Below are positions 1 to 8,897 of a stretch of DNA of 64,000 nt, piece by piece. Made by a program: the position numbers and the translations under genes. The notes under the pieces are model-generated. The model was not told the origin of the DNA and did not search any database. It saw only the letters and a program-made list of their open reading frames with translations. Every line of letters starts with the position of its first letter. Position 1 is the stretch's first letter. Source of the DNA: Bacillota bacterium (GTDB taxonomy: Bacteria > Bacillota > Clostridia > Saccharofermentanales > DTU023); the NCBI GenBank assembly GCA_023389255.1, contig JAEWER010000028.1, forward strand, positions 20,282-84,281. The letters are read 5' to 3'.

Positions 1-2
1 TT

Positions 3-107
3 GATTTCGTCGCTGCTGATGAATGGCTGGAGGTCACACCGAAAAATATTCGTTTGCGCAAAAAGGTGTTAGATCATAACCAACGCAAACGACAACGAGG
101 CAACTAG
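3..107 (+). CDS. typA: 3' end of translational GTPase TypA/BipA (partial, starts upstream of the window)
   Basis: Frame 3 reads [34 protein letters not shown]. This resembles the conserved BipA C-terminus (..LEVTP.SIRLRK..L...R). The stop overlaps the mltG GTG start by 1 nt. Confidence 0.6.
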   Translation, partial: DFVAADEWLEVTPKNIRLRKKVLDHNQRKRQRGN

Positions 108-1267
108 TGTCAAAGAAACTTTCCCGTACATACGTATTAGTTATTGTCTTAATCTTAGTGGTTCTAGTCACTTTGGTCGCTTTTTTTAGTGGCTATGACT
201 ATGTGCGACTGCAAGATAGTCGACTAAAGAATCTACAAAGCGATATCGAATTAGTAGCAGAGTCCAAGCAGGGTCAGCTGATCAATGCGGATACACCAGG
301 GGCGATTGAAGTTGTGATACCGCGTGGAGCAGACTCAGGTGACATTGCAAAAGAGCTTAAAGATAAAGGTCTAATCAGCAATGTGCTGATGTTCAAGATT
401 CTGTCGAAAGTCAACGGTTTTGATGACAAATACAAAGCGGGAAAACATTATCTGACCAACGACTTGAGCTATGACGAGATGATGATGTTGCTGAGTGCTA
501 GACCTAAGCCGATTAAGATCACCATCGTTGAGGGAATGACCTATAAACAGATTCAAAAGAAACTGATTGAGGCAGGGCTGAATATCAGTGTGGACCGAAT
601 GGATGCGATGGTTCAGCGCCCCAATCAATTTTTAGAATATGATTTTGTCAAAGATCTTGTATCGAGTAAAAACCGTAACTGGTTATTGCAAGGTTATCTC
701 TGGCCGGATACATACGAATTCGATGACAATATGGATGAAGAAGATATTTTGCGTGTCTTCTTGAACCGTACAGAAGAGATTTTGAGTGCCAACGACCAAT
801 ATCAAGCGAGAGCGGAAGCGTTGGGTATGAGCATGGACAAAGTGCTAACTATGGCTTCCTTGGTGCAAGCAGAATCTGATTTCAGTCAGATGAGCCAAAT
901 TGCTAGAGTATTCTTTAATCGCTTAGATTTAGATTGGCCATTACAATCCTGTGCTAGTATCAACTTTTTGCGTGAAGAAGATGGTAAAGAGCCAATTCCT
1001 TGGGCGCAAGAAGGTGATTTAGAGCGTTATAAAAATAATCCCTACAATACTTACAGCAATCCTGGTTTACCACCTGGACCTATCAATAATCCAGGAACAT
1101 CAGCTATTGAAGCAGTTTTATGGCCAGCGACTGAACGTTCATGGAGCGGTGCTAGTAGCTATCTATATTTCTGTGCTGACGGTAAGGGAAAGAATGTTTT
1201 TGCCAGTACCTTAGAAGAACAAGAAGAAAATATTCGTAAATATGAAGGTTCGTGGCAACAACATTAG
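107..1267 (+). CDS. mltG: Endolytic murein transglycosylase MltG (YceG family)
   Basis: N-terminal TM helix. YceG-like core with LQSCASINF and NPYNTYSNPGLPPGPINNPG signatures. GAGG RBS 6 nt upstream of the GTG start. Confidence 0.9.
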   Translation: MSKKLSRTYVLVIVLILVVLVTLVAFFSGYDYVRLQDSRLKNLQSDIELVAESKQGQLINADTPGAIEVVIPRGADSGDIAKELKDKGLISNVLMFKILSKVNGFDDKYKAGKHYLTNDLSYDEMMMLLSARPKPIKITIVEGMTYKQIQKKLIEAGLNISVDRMDAMVQRPNQFLEYDFVKDLVSSKNRNWLLQGYLWPDTYEFDDNMDEEDILRVFLNRTEEILSANDQYQARAEALGMSMDKVLTMASLVQAESDFSQMSQIARVFFNRLDLDWPLQSCASINFLREEDGKEPIPWAQEGDLERYKNNPYNTYSNPGLPPGPINNPGTSAIEAVLWPATERSWSGASSYLYFCADGKGKNVFASTLEEQEENIRKYEGSWQQH

Positions 1268-1313
1268 TATTTCGCACACAATAATCAAGCATATTTAGAG
1301 ACTAGAGGAACGT

Positions 1314-2963
1314 ATGCAACTACCTGATTTGAAGGGCAAGAAGAAAGCTGATTTAGCTATCTTGCTAGAACTTGCTGGCATTATGAGCCAAGCAGAAGCC
1401 TTAAAACTAAAAAAGCAACAGATGGTCGATATTCTACTAGCAGCAGAGAAAGAGGCTAGTGAACAGCAAAAAGAACAGGTGGCGATTAGAGAAAATCCCG
1501 AAGTTCAACCAGAGCAGACAATCGATCAGCCAGAAGTGAAAAAAACTGCTAAGCGTGGTCGTAAGCGCAAAATTCTTCCAGAAAATATTAAAGTTGCTAT
1601 TCACGAGATTGCTCCTCCCAAAACAGATACTGATGATCCAGCCCCAACAAATGAAATAGTAGATAGTTCAACTGCAAAGGAAACAGAGCAGGAGAAAGGC
1701 TGTGCTTGTGCTTCAGTAGAAACTGATGTTTTAGAAAACGAGACAACAGTTGATTGTGATGGCAAAGAAGATGAAAACAAAGAGGATAAGCGAGAGCGTA
1801 AGCGCACGGATAACCAAGAAGAAGTTGAAGGTGTGTTGGAAATCATGCCTGATGGTTATGGTTTCCTACGTCGTGACAACTATTTACAAAGTGCTGGCGA
1901 CACCTATGTCTCACCTCAATTTATTCGTCGTTTTCATCTACGTTGTGGTGACTACATTAAAGGTGTTTGTCGTACGCAAAGGGATAACGACCGCTACAGA
2001 GGCTTGTGTTACATTCATACCATCAATGATTTACCTTTCGAAAAGAACTACCATCGTCCCCGTTTTGAACGTTTAACACCTATTTATCCGAACGAGCGCT
2101 ACACGCTAGAAACTACTAGAACTGAAACAGCTACACGTATTATTGATTTGGTTGCCCCTATTGGTAAGGGCCAAAGAGCAATGATAGTTTCACCACCCAA
2201 AGCTGGTAAAACTATTCTGATGCAAAAAATAGCTAATGCTATTTCGCATAATAATCCAGACACTAAACTGATTGTTTTATTGATCGATGAAAGACCAGAA
2301 GAAGTTACAGACATGCAACGCTCGATCGAAGGTGAAGTGGTGTATTCAACCTTTGATAAGACGGCGGAAAACCATGTCAAGGTAACTGAATTAGTGTTGG
2401 AGCGTGCCATGCGCTTGGTTGAATTAGGGCAAGATGTGGTTATTTTGCTTGATAGTATTACCCGTATGGCTAGAGCCTACAACTTAACTATCAACCCAAC
2501 AGGCAGGACTCTATCAGGTGGTTTAGATCCTGGTGCTCTTTATGGACCTAAGCGTTTCTTTGGTGCTGCTAGAAATATCGAAAATGGCGGAAGTTTGACG
2601 ATTATTGCTACTGCGCTAGTGGACACGGGTTCACGTATGGATGAAGTTATTTTCGAAGAATTTAAGGGAACAGGTAACCAAGAAATTTACCTTGATCGTA
2701 AACTGGCGGAAAAACGTGTTTTCCCGGCTCTAGACTTGATGCGTTCAGGCACGAGAAGAGAAGAATTGTTGCTATCTGGTCCTGAACTTAATGCCAACTG
2801 GGCGATGCGCAAAGCTTTTGCCTCTTCAGAAACAGCAGTGGTTACAGACACTATTGTCACACTACTAAAGCGTACAGAAGATAATGAACAATTTATCGCT
2901 ACAGTTACAAGCAAGTTAAACAAACAGGGAATAGTTGCTCCCACACCTAACAGCGATAACTAA
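1314..2963 (+). CDS. rho: Transcription termination factor Rho with a long N-terminal insertion domain
   Basis: GYGFLR RNA-binding region, Walker A PPKAGKT, and an RecA-type ATPase core conserved through to the C-terminus. About 125 extra charged residues lie between the N-terminal helix bundle and the OB fold. Confidence 0.95.
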   Translation: MQLPDLKGKKKADLAILLELAGIMSQAEALKLKKQQMVDILLAAEKEASEQQKEQVAIRENPEVQPEQTIDQPEVKKTAKRGRKRKILPENIKVAIHEIAPPKTDTDDPAPTNEIVDSSTAKETEQEKGCACASVETDVLENETTVDCDGKEDENKEDKRERKRTDNQEEVEGVLEIMPDGYGFLRRDNYLQSAGDTYVSPQFIRRFHLRCGDYIKGVCRTQRDNDRYRGLCYIHTINDLPFEKNYHRPRFERLTPIYPNERYTLETTRTETATRIIDLVAPIGKGQRAMIVSPPKAGKTILMQKIANAISHNNPDTKLIVLLIDERPEEVTDMQRSIEGEVVYSTFDKTAENHVKVTELVLERAMRLVELGQDVVILLDSITRMARAYNLTINPTGRTLSGGLDPGALYGPKRFFGAARNIENGGSLTIIATALVDTGSRMDEVIFEEFKGTGNQEIYLDRKLAEKRVFPALDLMRSGTRREELLLSGPELNANWAMRKAFASSETAVVTDTIVTLLKRTEDNEQFIATVTSKLNKQGIVAPTPNSDN

Positions 2964-2974
2964 TCAGAGGTACT

Positions 2975-5923
2975 ATGCCGGAACAAGTTTGTAATTTTAA
3001 GTTGCTACAAAAATCTTATATAGATGAGTTAGAGACAACGGGTTACATCTATGAACATGAAATCACGGGTGCACATTTAGTGCACCTTCCTTGTAGCGAT
3101 AACAATAAAGTCTTTTTAGCTCGTTTTGCTACACAGCCACAAGACGACAGTGGTGTAGCGCATATCGTTGAGCACTGTGTGCTTAATGGTTCAGAAAAAT
3201 ATCGCTTGCGTGAGCCTTTCGTTAATTTACTTAAAAGCTCACTCAACACTTTTCTCAACGCTATGACTTTTCCCCACATGACAATGTATCCTGTGGCGAG
3301 CTTAAATGAACAAGATTTACACAACTTAGTAGATGTTTATTTAGATGCTGTATTCCATCCGCTATTGCATGAGAATGAACTAGTTTTCCTGCAGGAAGGT
3401 TGGCATTTGGCGCTGGATGAAACAGGTGAGCCGGTCTTCAACGGTGTTGTCTTCAATGAGATGAAAGCGCAGAATTATCAACCGCGTTATCGCCTAGATA
3501 AGATGATGAACCGTGCTCTTTTCGATAATTTTTTAGCCAATAACTCGGGTGGCGATCCCAAAGCTATGGTTGACTTAACTTATGAACAGTTCAAGGCTTT
3601 CCACCAAGAGTTTTATCATCCAAGTAATTGTGTTTTTTACTTGTATGGTGATGCTGATTTAGAACCATTTGTTGAGCAGATCGAAGAGAGTATTAAAGGG
3701 TTTGAGCGTGTAGCCAGACATAGCGAAGTACCTCGAAGTAAGGTTAAAGTAGAACCGCAATACCTAGCGGATACTTTTGATTCTACCGAAGAAGTGGGAC
3801 AGGGTTTGATCGCTTGGCGTGTAGATATACCCGCAAAGGACCAAATTGCGCACGAAATGGCATTGCAAGTTGCGCTCAAAGCGCTGGCAGGCAAAGATTC
3901 CTCACCGCTTTTGCGTAAATTATTGGCGATGGGCTTGGTCAGCGATTGCTATACAGGAACAGATGACTATCGTTTACAGGATGTGTTATGGATTTCTTTT
4001 AAGGGCTTAAACGAATTTGAACCTGAAGTTTTAGAGCGTAAGGTTCTCAAGGCAATAGATGAAGTATTTGCGGAGTTTTCACCCGAACAATGGCAAGAGT
4101 TTTTTACTGCCACAATCAATTCTTTACACTTTACTTTAAGTGAAGCAGATAGCGGTAATTCACCGGTTGGTTTGCTTTATGCGATCGACATGCTCAGTTA
4201 TCTAAGCCAGGATGATCCATTCAAAAGTTTACGTTTTGAAACCGCAATAGCAGAGGTCAAACGCTTAAACGAAAGTGGAGCACTTTTAACTCTACTAAAA
4301 GATGCCTTGGCGCATAAGAGCAGAGTGACTATTTGTTTAAAGCCTGATCCAGAGCATAATCAAAGACTGGCTGATGCAGAAAAACTAAAGGCTAGCCAGA
4401 GATGGCATGGTTTAAGCAAAGCAGAGCAAGAGCACTTGCGAGATATGAAGGAGCGTTTGATTGAATATCAATCAACTCCAGACAGCAAAGAACAAATAGC
4501 TACCCTACCAATGCTCTCTTTGCAAGATGTATCTAAGAAAAATAATCTACAAGCCGTCAAAACAGATAGCTTGCAACTTGCAGATAGAAACGTGACAGTT
4601 TGGCATTATCCAGTATTCACGAAACATATCACTTATCTGACACTAGCATTTGATTTAGCACATATAACGCAAGAAGACTTATTTTATGTTGATATGTTGC
4701 AGAATTTGCTCAGCAGTGTAGATACAGCTGAACATGATTTCACAGCACTTAACAATTTGCTGGATACATATATTGGATCACTTAAATTAAGTGTTGATAT
4801 CGACAGTAATACTCAAAGAGCTAGCGTAGTCATTCATACTCTGAATGAAAACTTGCAGATTTCATTGGACTTAGTTTGGGAGATCTTGCAAAAGTCTCTC
4901 TTAAATGACAAGCAAAGAGTATTAGAAAACTTGCAAAGTGAGTATGTGGTGTTGCCACAAACTGTTACTAGTGTAGGACATGTAATGGCAATGCAGGCCG
5001 CTCAAGCCAGTTTCAGTTTGAATAGCACACTAACGGAACAATTGTCTGGAATCAGTTATGTCAGAAAACTGGGAGAGCTGATTAAGCGCCTGAGTTCAGC
5101 AGAAACTGGTGAGCAAGCGTGGCAAGAACTGCAACAAAAGTTAGTAGATCTGTATCAGCAAATTTTTGCTAGAGACAATCTACATGTCGAATTAATTGGT
5201 GAAGAAGCAGAGTTAGAACAAATAAAGCAAGTGTTGCCCCAATATATTGCTAAATTACCAATGCTGGGCGAAAGAGCTAAAGCAGAGCGTTATTGTTTAG
5301 CTAGTGAAAATATTGCTTATGTGGTACCAAGTCAAGTTCAATATTGTGCCCTTGCAGGTTACTGGCAAAACTTAAACAGTGTAGCGCAAACTAGAGAATT
5401 AGGTGAAAAGTCAGGCATTAATAATCCACAACTCAAAGGACAGGCTACTGTTTTACAAAACATCTTGAGCACGGAATATCTGTGGAATACTGTGCGCATG
5501 AAAGGTGGAGCCTATGGTGCTGTAGTTGGCTTTTTGAATGCAGGAATTTGTCGTATGGTTAGCTATCGCGATCCTAATATCGGTAAAACCTATGAGAACT
5601 ACTTTGGAGTTAAAAGCTATATCGAATCTTTGAACTTGGATCAAGCAGAGTTAGAAAGTTTGATCTTGGGCAGTGTCAGCGTGTTAGATCAACCGAGATC
5701 AGCACGTAGTATGGGAGAACTGATGCTCGAATATTATGATGCTGGTATTGATTTAGAAGATTTACAAGCAGTGCGTGATGGTTTATTAGGCACTACTGTT
5801 GCTGATCTAAAAAAATTAGCTGCTGGTATCAATTTGCAAGATGGTGTAAAAGTCGTAATTGGTAATCGTGAGCAAATAGCTAAAGAAAGCGAGCATTTTA
5901 CGCAAATAATTGAGGTATTTTAG
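2975..5923 (+). CDS. Insulinase-family (M16C, PreP-like) zinc metallopeptidase
   Basis: 982 aa. Inverted zinc motif HxxEH (HIVEHCVLNGS) near the N-terminus. Length and architecture are typical of M16C peptidases. Confidence 0.85.
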   Translation: MPEQVCNFKLLQKSYIDELETTGYIYEHEITGAHLVHLPCSDNNKVFLARFATQPQDDSGVAHIVEHCVLNGSEKYRLREPFVNLLKSSLNTFLNAMTFPHMTMYPVASLNEQDLHNLVDVYLDAVFHPLLHENELVFLQEGWHLALDETGEPVFNGVVFNEMKAQNYQPRYRLDKMMNRALFDNFLANNSGGDPKAMVDLTYEQFKAFHQEFYHPSNCVFYLYGDADLEPFVEQIEESIKGFERVARHSEVPRSKVKVEPQYLADTFDSTEEVGQGLIAWRVDIPAKDQIAHEMALQVALKALAGKDSSPLLRKLLAMGLVSDCYTGTDDYRLQDVLWISFKGLNEFEPEVLERKVLKAIDEVFAEFSPEQWQEFFTATINSLHFTLSEADSGNSPVGLLYAIDMLSYLSQDDPFKSLRFETAIAEVKRLNESGALLTLLKDALAHKSRVTICLKPDPEHNQRLADAEKLKASQRWHGLSKAEQEHLRDMKERLIEYQSTPDSKEQIATLPMLSLQDVSKKNNLQAVKTDSLQLADRNVTVWHYPVFTKHITYLTLAFDLAHITQEDLFYVDMLQNLLSSVDTAEHDFTALNNLLDTYIGSLKLSVDIDSNTQRASVVIHTLNENLQISLDLVWEILQKSLLNDKQRVLENLQSEYVVLPQTVTSVGHVMAMQAAQASFSLNSTLTEQLSGISYVRKLGELIKRLSSAETGEQAWQELQQKLVDLYQQIFARDNLHVELIGEEAELEQIKQVLPQYIAKLPMLGERAKAERYCLASENIAYVVPSQVQYCALAGYWQNLNSVAQTRELGEKSGINNPQLKGQATVLQNILSTEYLWNTVRMKGGAYGAVVGFLNAGICRMVSYRDPNIGKTYENYFGVKSYIESLNLDQAELESLILGSVSVLDQPRSARSMGELMLEYYDAGIDLEDLQAVRDGLLGTTVADLKKLAAGINLQDGVKVVIGNREQIAKESEHFTQIIEVF

Positions 5924-5927
5924 CAAC

Positions 5928-5956
5928 TTGCAAGACAAGCCAACAAGTGCTAATAT
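5928..5956 (+). promoter_or_regulatory. Putative sigma-A promoter of rpsT (TTGCAA-N17-TAATAT)
   Basis: -35 TTGCAA at 5928-5933, 17-nt spacer, -10 TAATAT at 5951-5956. Lies about 40 nt upstream of the rpsT start. Confidence 0.5.
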
Positions 5957-5997
5957 TTAGAGCGCTAATGTAAAAAATCCGCAGGAGGTGAAGAAGG

Positions 5998-6249
5998 ATG
6001 CCGAATATCAAGTCAGCTATTAAGCGTGTCAGCGTCAATCAACGCAAAGCCCAATTCAATAAGGCTAAAAAGAGTGAACTGAAAACTGCTTTAAAGAAAA
6101 CTGAAATCGCTTTGCAAGAAGCTGCGGATAACTCAGCTGAGCTGTTAAAAGATACTCAAGCTAAGCTGGATCGTGCAGTGCGCAAAGGTCTGATTCATAA
6201 GAATAAGGCTGCACGTAAAAAGAGCCAATTAGCTCGTTTAGCTAAATAA
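5998..6249 (+). CDS. rpsT: 30S ribosomal protein S20
   Basis: MPNIKSAIKRV... is a typical S20 N-terminus. 83 aa, basic. Strong GGAGG RBS. Confidence 0.95.
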   Translation: MPNIKSAIKRVSVNQRKAQFNKAKKSELKTALKKTEIALQEAADNSAELLKDTQAKLDRAVRKGLIHKNKAARKKSQLARLAK

Positions 6250-6276
6250 GTAGATTTTGTATTGCAATAGCAATTT

Positions 6277-6304
6277 AAAGAACCCGCTATTCGCGGGTTC
6301 TTTT
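6277..6304. terminator. Bidirectional rho-independent terminator between convergent rpsT and araD
   Basis: AAAGAACCCGC-tattc-GCGGGTTCTTT perfect stem, flanked by an A-run and a T-run. Confidence 0.8.
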
Positions 6305-6330
6305 AATTTAATTAATTTGCGTTTAATTCT

Positions 6331-7044
6331 TTAGTGCTGACCTTTTTGTCCATAGTAGGCATTGGGACCATGCTTGCGCATGAAGTGTTTATCTTGTAAG
6401 TGTTGGGGAGCGGGCTTAGCCATTGGATCAACTTGCAAAGTCAAAATACCCATGCGTGCAACTTCTTCTAAGACAACAGCATGATAGACAGCCTCACTAG
6501 CTGATTTACCCCAAGTAAATGGACCATGACCGTGACAAATGACAGCAGGTACATGTTTAGGATTTAATTCTCTTTGAGCAAAAGTCTCAATAATAATTTT
6601 ACCAGTGTTCTTTTCGTAATCTTCTTCAATTTCCTCAGGGGTTAAAACTCTTGCGCAAGGAATATTGCCGTAAAAGTAGTCAGCATGAGTTGTACCAAAA
6701 CAAGGAATATCTTTGCCTGCCTGTGCCCAAGCTACTGCATGGCGACTGTGAGTGTGTACAATACCACCAATTTCAGGGAATGCTTTGTATAACTCGAGGT
6801 GTGTTTTTGTGTCAGATGAAGGGTTTAAATCACCTTCTACAACATTACCCTCTAAGTCTAAAACCACTAATTGTTCAGGTGTTAGTTCATCGTAGCTGAC
6901 ACCTGAGGGCTTGATGACGAAAAGACCTTTTTCTCTATCGATACCAGAAACATTACCCCAAGTGTAGGTTACTAAACCGCGTGCAGGTAACTCCATATTG
7001 GCACGATATACTTCTTGTTTTAATTGCTCTAACATAGCATTCAC
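6331..7044 (-). CDS. araD: L-ribulose-5-phosphate 4-epimerase (class II aldolase/adducin family)
   Basis: 237 aa. [17 protein letters not shown]...[14 protein letters not shown]...HTHS...[11 protein letters not shown] is a close AraD/UlaF-type pattern. Confidence 0.75.
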   Translation of the reverse strand: MNAMLEQLKQEVYRANMELPARGLVTYTWGNVSGIDREKGLFVIKPSGVSYDELTPEQLVVLDLEGNVVEGDLNPSSDTKTHLELYKAFPEIGGIVHTHSRHAVAWAQAGKDIPCFGTTHADYFYGNIPCARVLTPEEIEEDYEKNTGKIIIETFAQRELNPKHVPAVICHGHGPFTWGKSASEAVYHAVVLEEVARMGILTLQVDPMAKPAPQHLQDKHFMRKHGPNAYYGQKGQH

Positions 7045-7116
7045 TTCCTCTAGCTAAAAGTAACTGTTGTATAATTCAGTCAAATTAAGTATAACGGCTT
7101 ACTTGCAAGGAGTTGT

Positions 7117-7797
7117 ATGAATTACGGTTCTAAGTTTCATTTAGCCCAAAAGGCTCTCACGAAGAAGATAGAAAAAGAAGGTTCCATCATGGATCGTCGG
7201 ATCGTTATGGTGGATCGTTTTTTGAATCAAGGATTGGATATTAAGCTGATCGGTAAAATCGGCAAAGCATTTGCAGAAGTTTTTGCTGAATACCATGTAA
7301 ACAAGGTTTTAACCGTGGAAGCATCTGGTATACCCGTCGCTTTTGCTACAGCGCAGGCGATGAAAAACATGGCAATTTATGCCAAAAAGAATGTGGATAG
7401 CAATATGACCAGCCAATGTTTGCAAAGCCAAGTATATTCCTACACACGACAACGTTACTATCCCATCACAATAGCCTCTTATCTCTTAGAGCCAGGTGAT
7501 AGAGTTCTACTGGTTGATGATTTCCTAGCTCGTGGAGAAGCGATGTTGGGTCTGTTGCGGATGGTTAAACAAGCTGGTGCAGAAGTCGTTGGGGTGGCAG
7601 TTGCTATCGAAAAATCTTTTGAAGGTGGCAGTCAACGTATCAGAAGTGAGGGGTATAAGGTTTGTAGCTTAGTAGATTTTAATTCTTTGCACGGCAAAAT
7701 TTGTCCGCGCATGGCTGCTAAAATGGAGGAGAAAAGAAAACAACAAGACGAAATTAGACGTCTGCAAGATGAAGAATTAGCTAAACAAAAAGCTTAA
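7117..7797 (+). CDS. xpt: Xanthine phosphoribosyltransferase with a short N-terminal and a Lys/Glu-rich C-terminal extension
   Basis: Collinear with Bacillus Xpt (KKIEKEG...VDRFLNQ...TVEASGIP...LLVDDFLARGEA...IEKSFEGG). AAGGAG RBS. Confidence 0.85.
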   Translation: MNYGSKFHLAQKALTKKIEKEGSIMDRRIVMVDRFLNQGLDIKLIGKIGKAFAEVFAEYHVNKVLTVEASGIPVAFATAQAMKNMAIYAKKNVDSNMTSQCLQSQVYSYTRQRYYPITIASYLLEPGDRVLLVDDFLARGEAMLGLLRMVKQAGAEVVGVAVAIEKSFEGGSQRIRSEGYKVCSLVDFNSLHGKICPRMAAKMEEKRKQQDEIRRLQDEELAKQKA

Positions 7798-7825
7798 TCG
7801 ACGAACTATTTGGTATTTTAGGAAG

Positions 7826-7855
7826 AAAAAAGCTTGTCTTAGTGACAAGCTTTTT
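7826..7855. terminator. Rho-independent terminator between convergent xpt and ribU
   Basis: AAAAAGCTTGTC-ttagt-GACAAGCTTTTT perfect stem with flanking A-run and T-run. Confidence 0.7.
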
Positions 7856-7889
7856 GTGTGGAGTTAATGATTATGACAAACCTACATTT

Positions 7890-8510
7890 TTATTTATGCA
7901 ATAAAGGGCTCACTCTTTTATAAATTAGAGCTACGATCAAGGAGACAATAATAGCCTTGATTAGGTTAAAGGGTGCTATTACATACAAGATAAAAGTGGG
8001 CAGGTCGTGAGCCAGTGTATTACCAGTTGCATGTGTAATTTTGAGAATAGCCTCCATATTGAAGCCCATGGCGTTGATATAGAACGGAATATTGATGTAG
8101 TAGTTTGTCAACATGCCGAACAGAGTCATTGTGATCGTTGCTGTAATCAAACTGATTATTGCACCTTTACGATTAGGTTTGTAGTGATAAACTAGACCAC
8201 CTGCTAAAACAAAGCTACCACAGACGATAAAGTTAGCTATTTCACCGACAAAACCAGTGGAAGTAAAAGGAGTGTGTGCCAGGTTTTTGATAAATTCAAT
8301 CAAAACACCGGTGATGGGTCCCATACTGAATGCTCCTAGGAGTGCAGGTATGTCAGAAAAATCAAACTTGAGAAAGCCAGGCATCAGCGGAATGGGAAAA
8401 TCCAAGTACATCAGGATGATGGCACAAGCAGATAAAATACCTGTTTTAGCAATCCAATGGGAAAGGTTCTTGTTACGTGCAGATGCACGCTCTTTGATAA
8501 GTGTGTTCAT
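7890..8510 (-). CDS. ribU: Riboflavin ECF-transporter S component (RibU)
   Basis: Polytopic membrane protein of ECF-S size, directly downstream of an FMN riboswitch. I moved the start to the ATG at 8510 (MNTLIKE...) because a GGAGG RBS sits inside the longer track ORF. Confidence 0.8.
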   Translation of the reverse strand: MNTLIKERASARNKNLSHWIAKTGILSACAIILMYLDFPIPLMPGFLKFDFSDIPALLGAFSMGPITGVLIEFIKNLAHTPFTSTGFVGEIANFIVCGSFVLAGGLVYHYKPNRKGAIISLITATITMTLFGMLTNYYINIPFYINAMGFNMEAILKITHATGNTLAHDLPTFILYVIAPFNLIKAIIVSLIVALIYKRVSPLLHK

Positions 8511-8531
8511 GTTGCCTCCAATTTTGGGCAT

Positions 8532-8694
8532 AAAAAAGCCCAGAACTAATCCGGGGAGACATAAAGATAAAAATTTCCTTTATCCAGACTTTAACTGTCG
8601 GTCAAGGATTTGCACCTTGTCGGCCTCTCTCGAGGTTCGCGGACTTAACTATGCTCACCGCCGGTAGGGAATTACACCCTGCCCCAGAAACAAC
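8532..8694 (-). promoter_or_regulatory. FMN riboswitch (RFN element) with terminator-type expression platform
   Basis: The minus strand reads GGGGCAGGGTGTAATTCCCTACCGGCGGT...AGTCCGCGAACC...GGCCGACAAGGTGCAAATCCTTGACCGACAGTTAAAGTCTGGAT, matching the conserved RFN core. It is followed by hairpin CCCGGA-uuagu-UCUGGG plus U6 just before the ribU RBS. Confidence 0.9.
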
Positions 8695-8897
8695 TACAAG
8701 TTAGCATAAAGTAACTGGAAGAGCAAGTGCAGATACAAAAGAAGTAATTAGCGACTGCAAAGAGAATCCTTACTAAACTGACGTGAGAAAGCGAGTAGCG
8801 TATACTACTAATAATCTATGCTTCGGTCTAAATTAGGCAACGCTTGGTGCGGTGCTATAGAATATATAAAGCAAAACTAGGGAAAAGGGTGAGCCAC

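Noticed and set aside
7045-7116. Possible purine riboswitch upstream of xpt
   Set aside because: Only 72 nt separate the divergent araD and xpt starts, which is too short for a promoter plus a purine aptamer and expression platform. No conserved purine-riboswitch core is visible.
8257-8667. 136-aa + strand ORF
   Set aside because: It lies antisense to the 5' end of ribU and runs straight through the FMN riboswitch and its terminator. It has no RBS and its composition is not protein-like.
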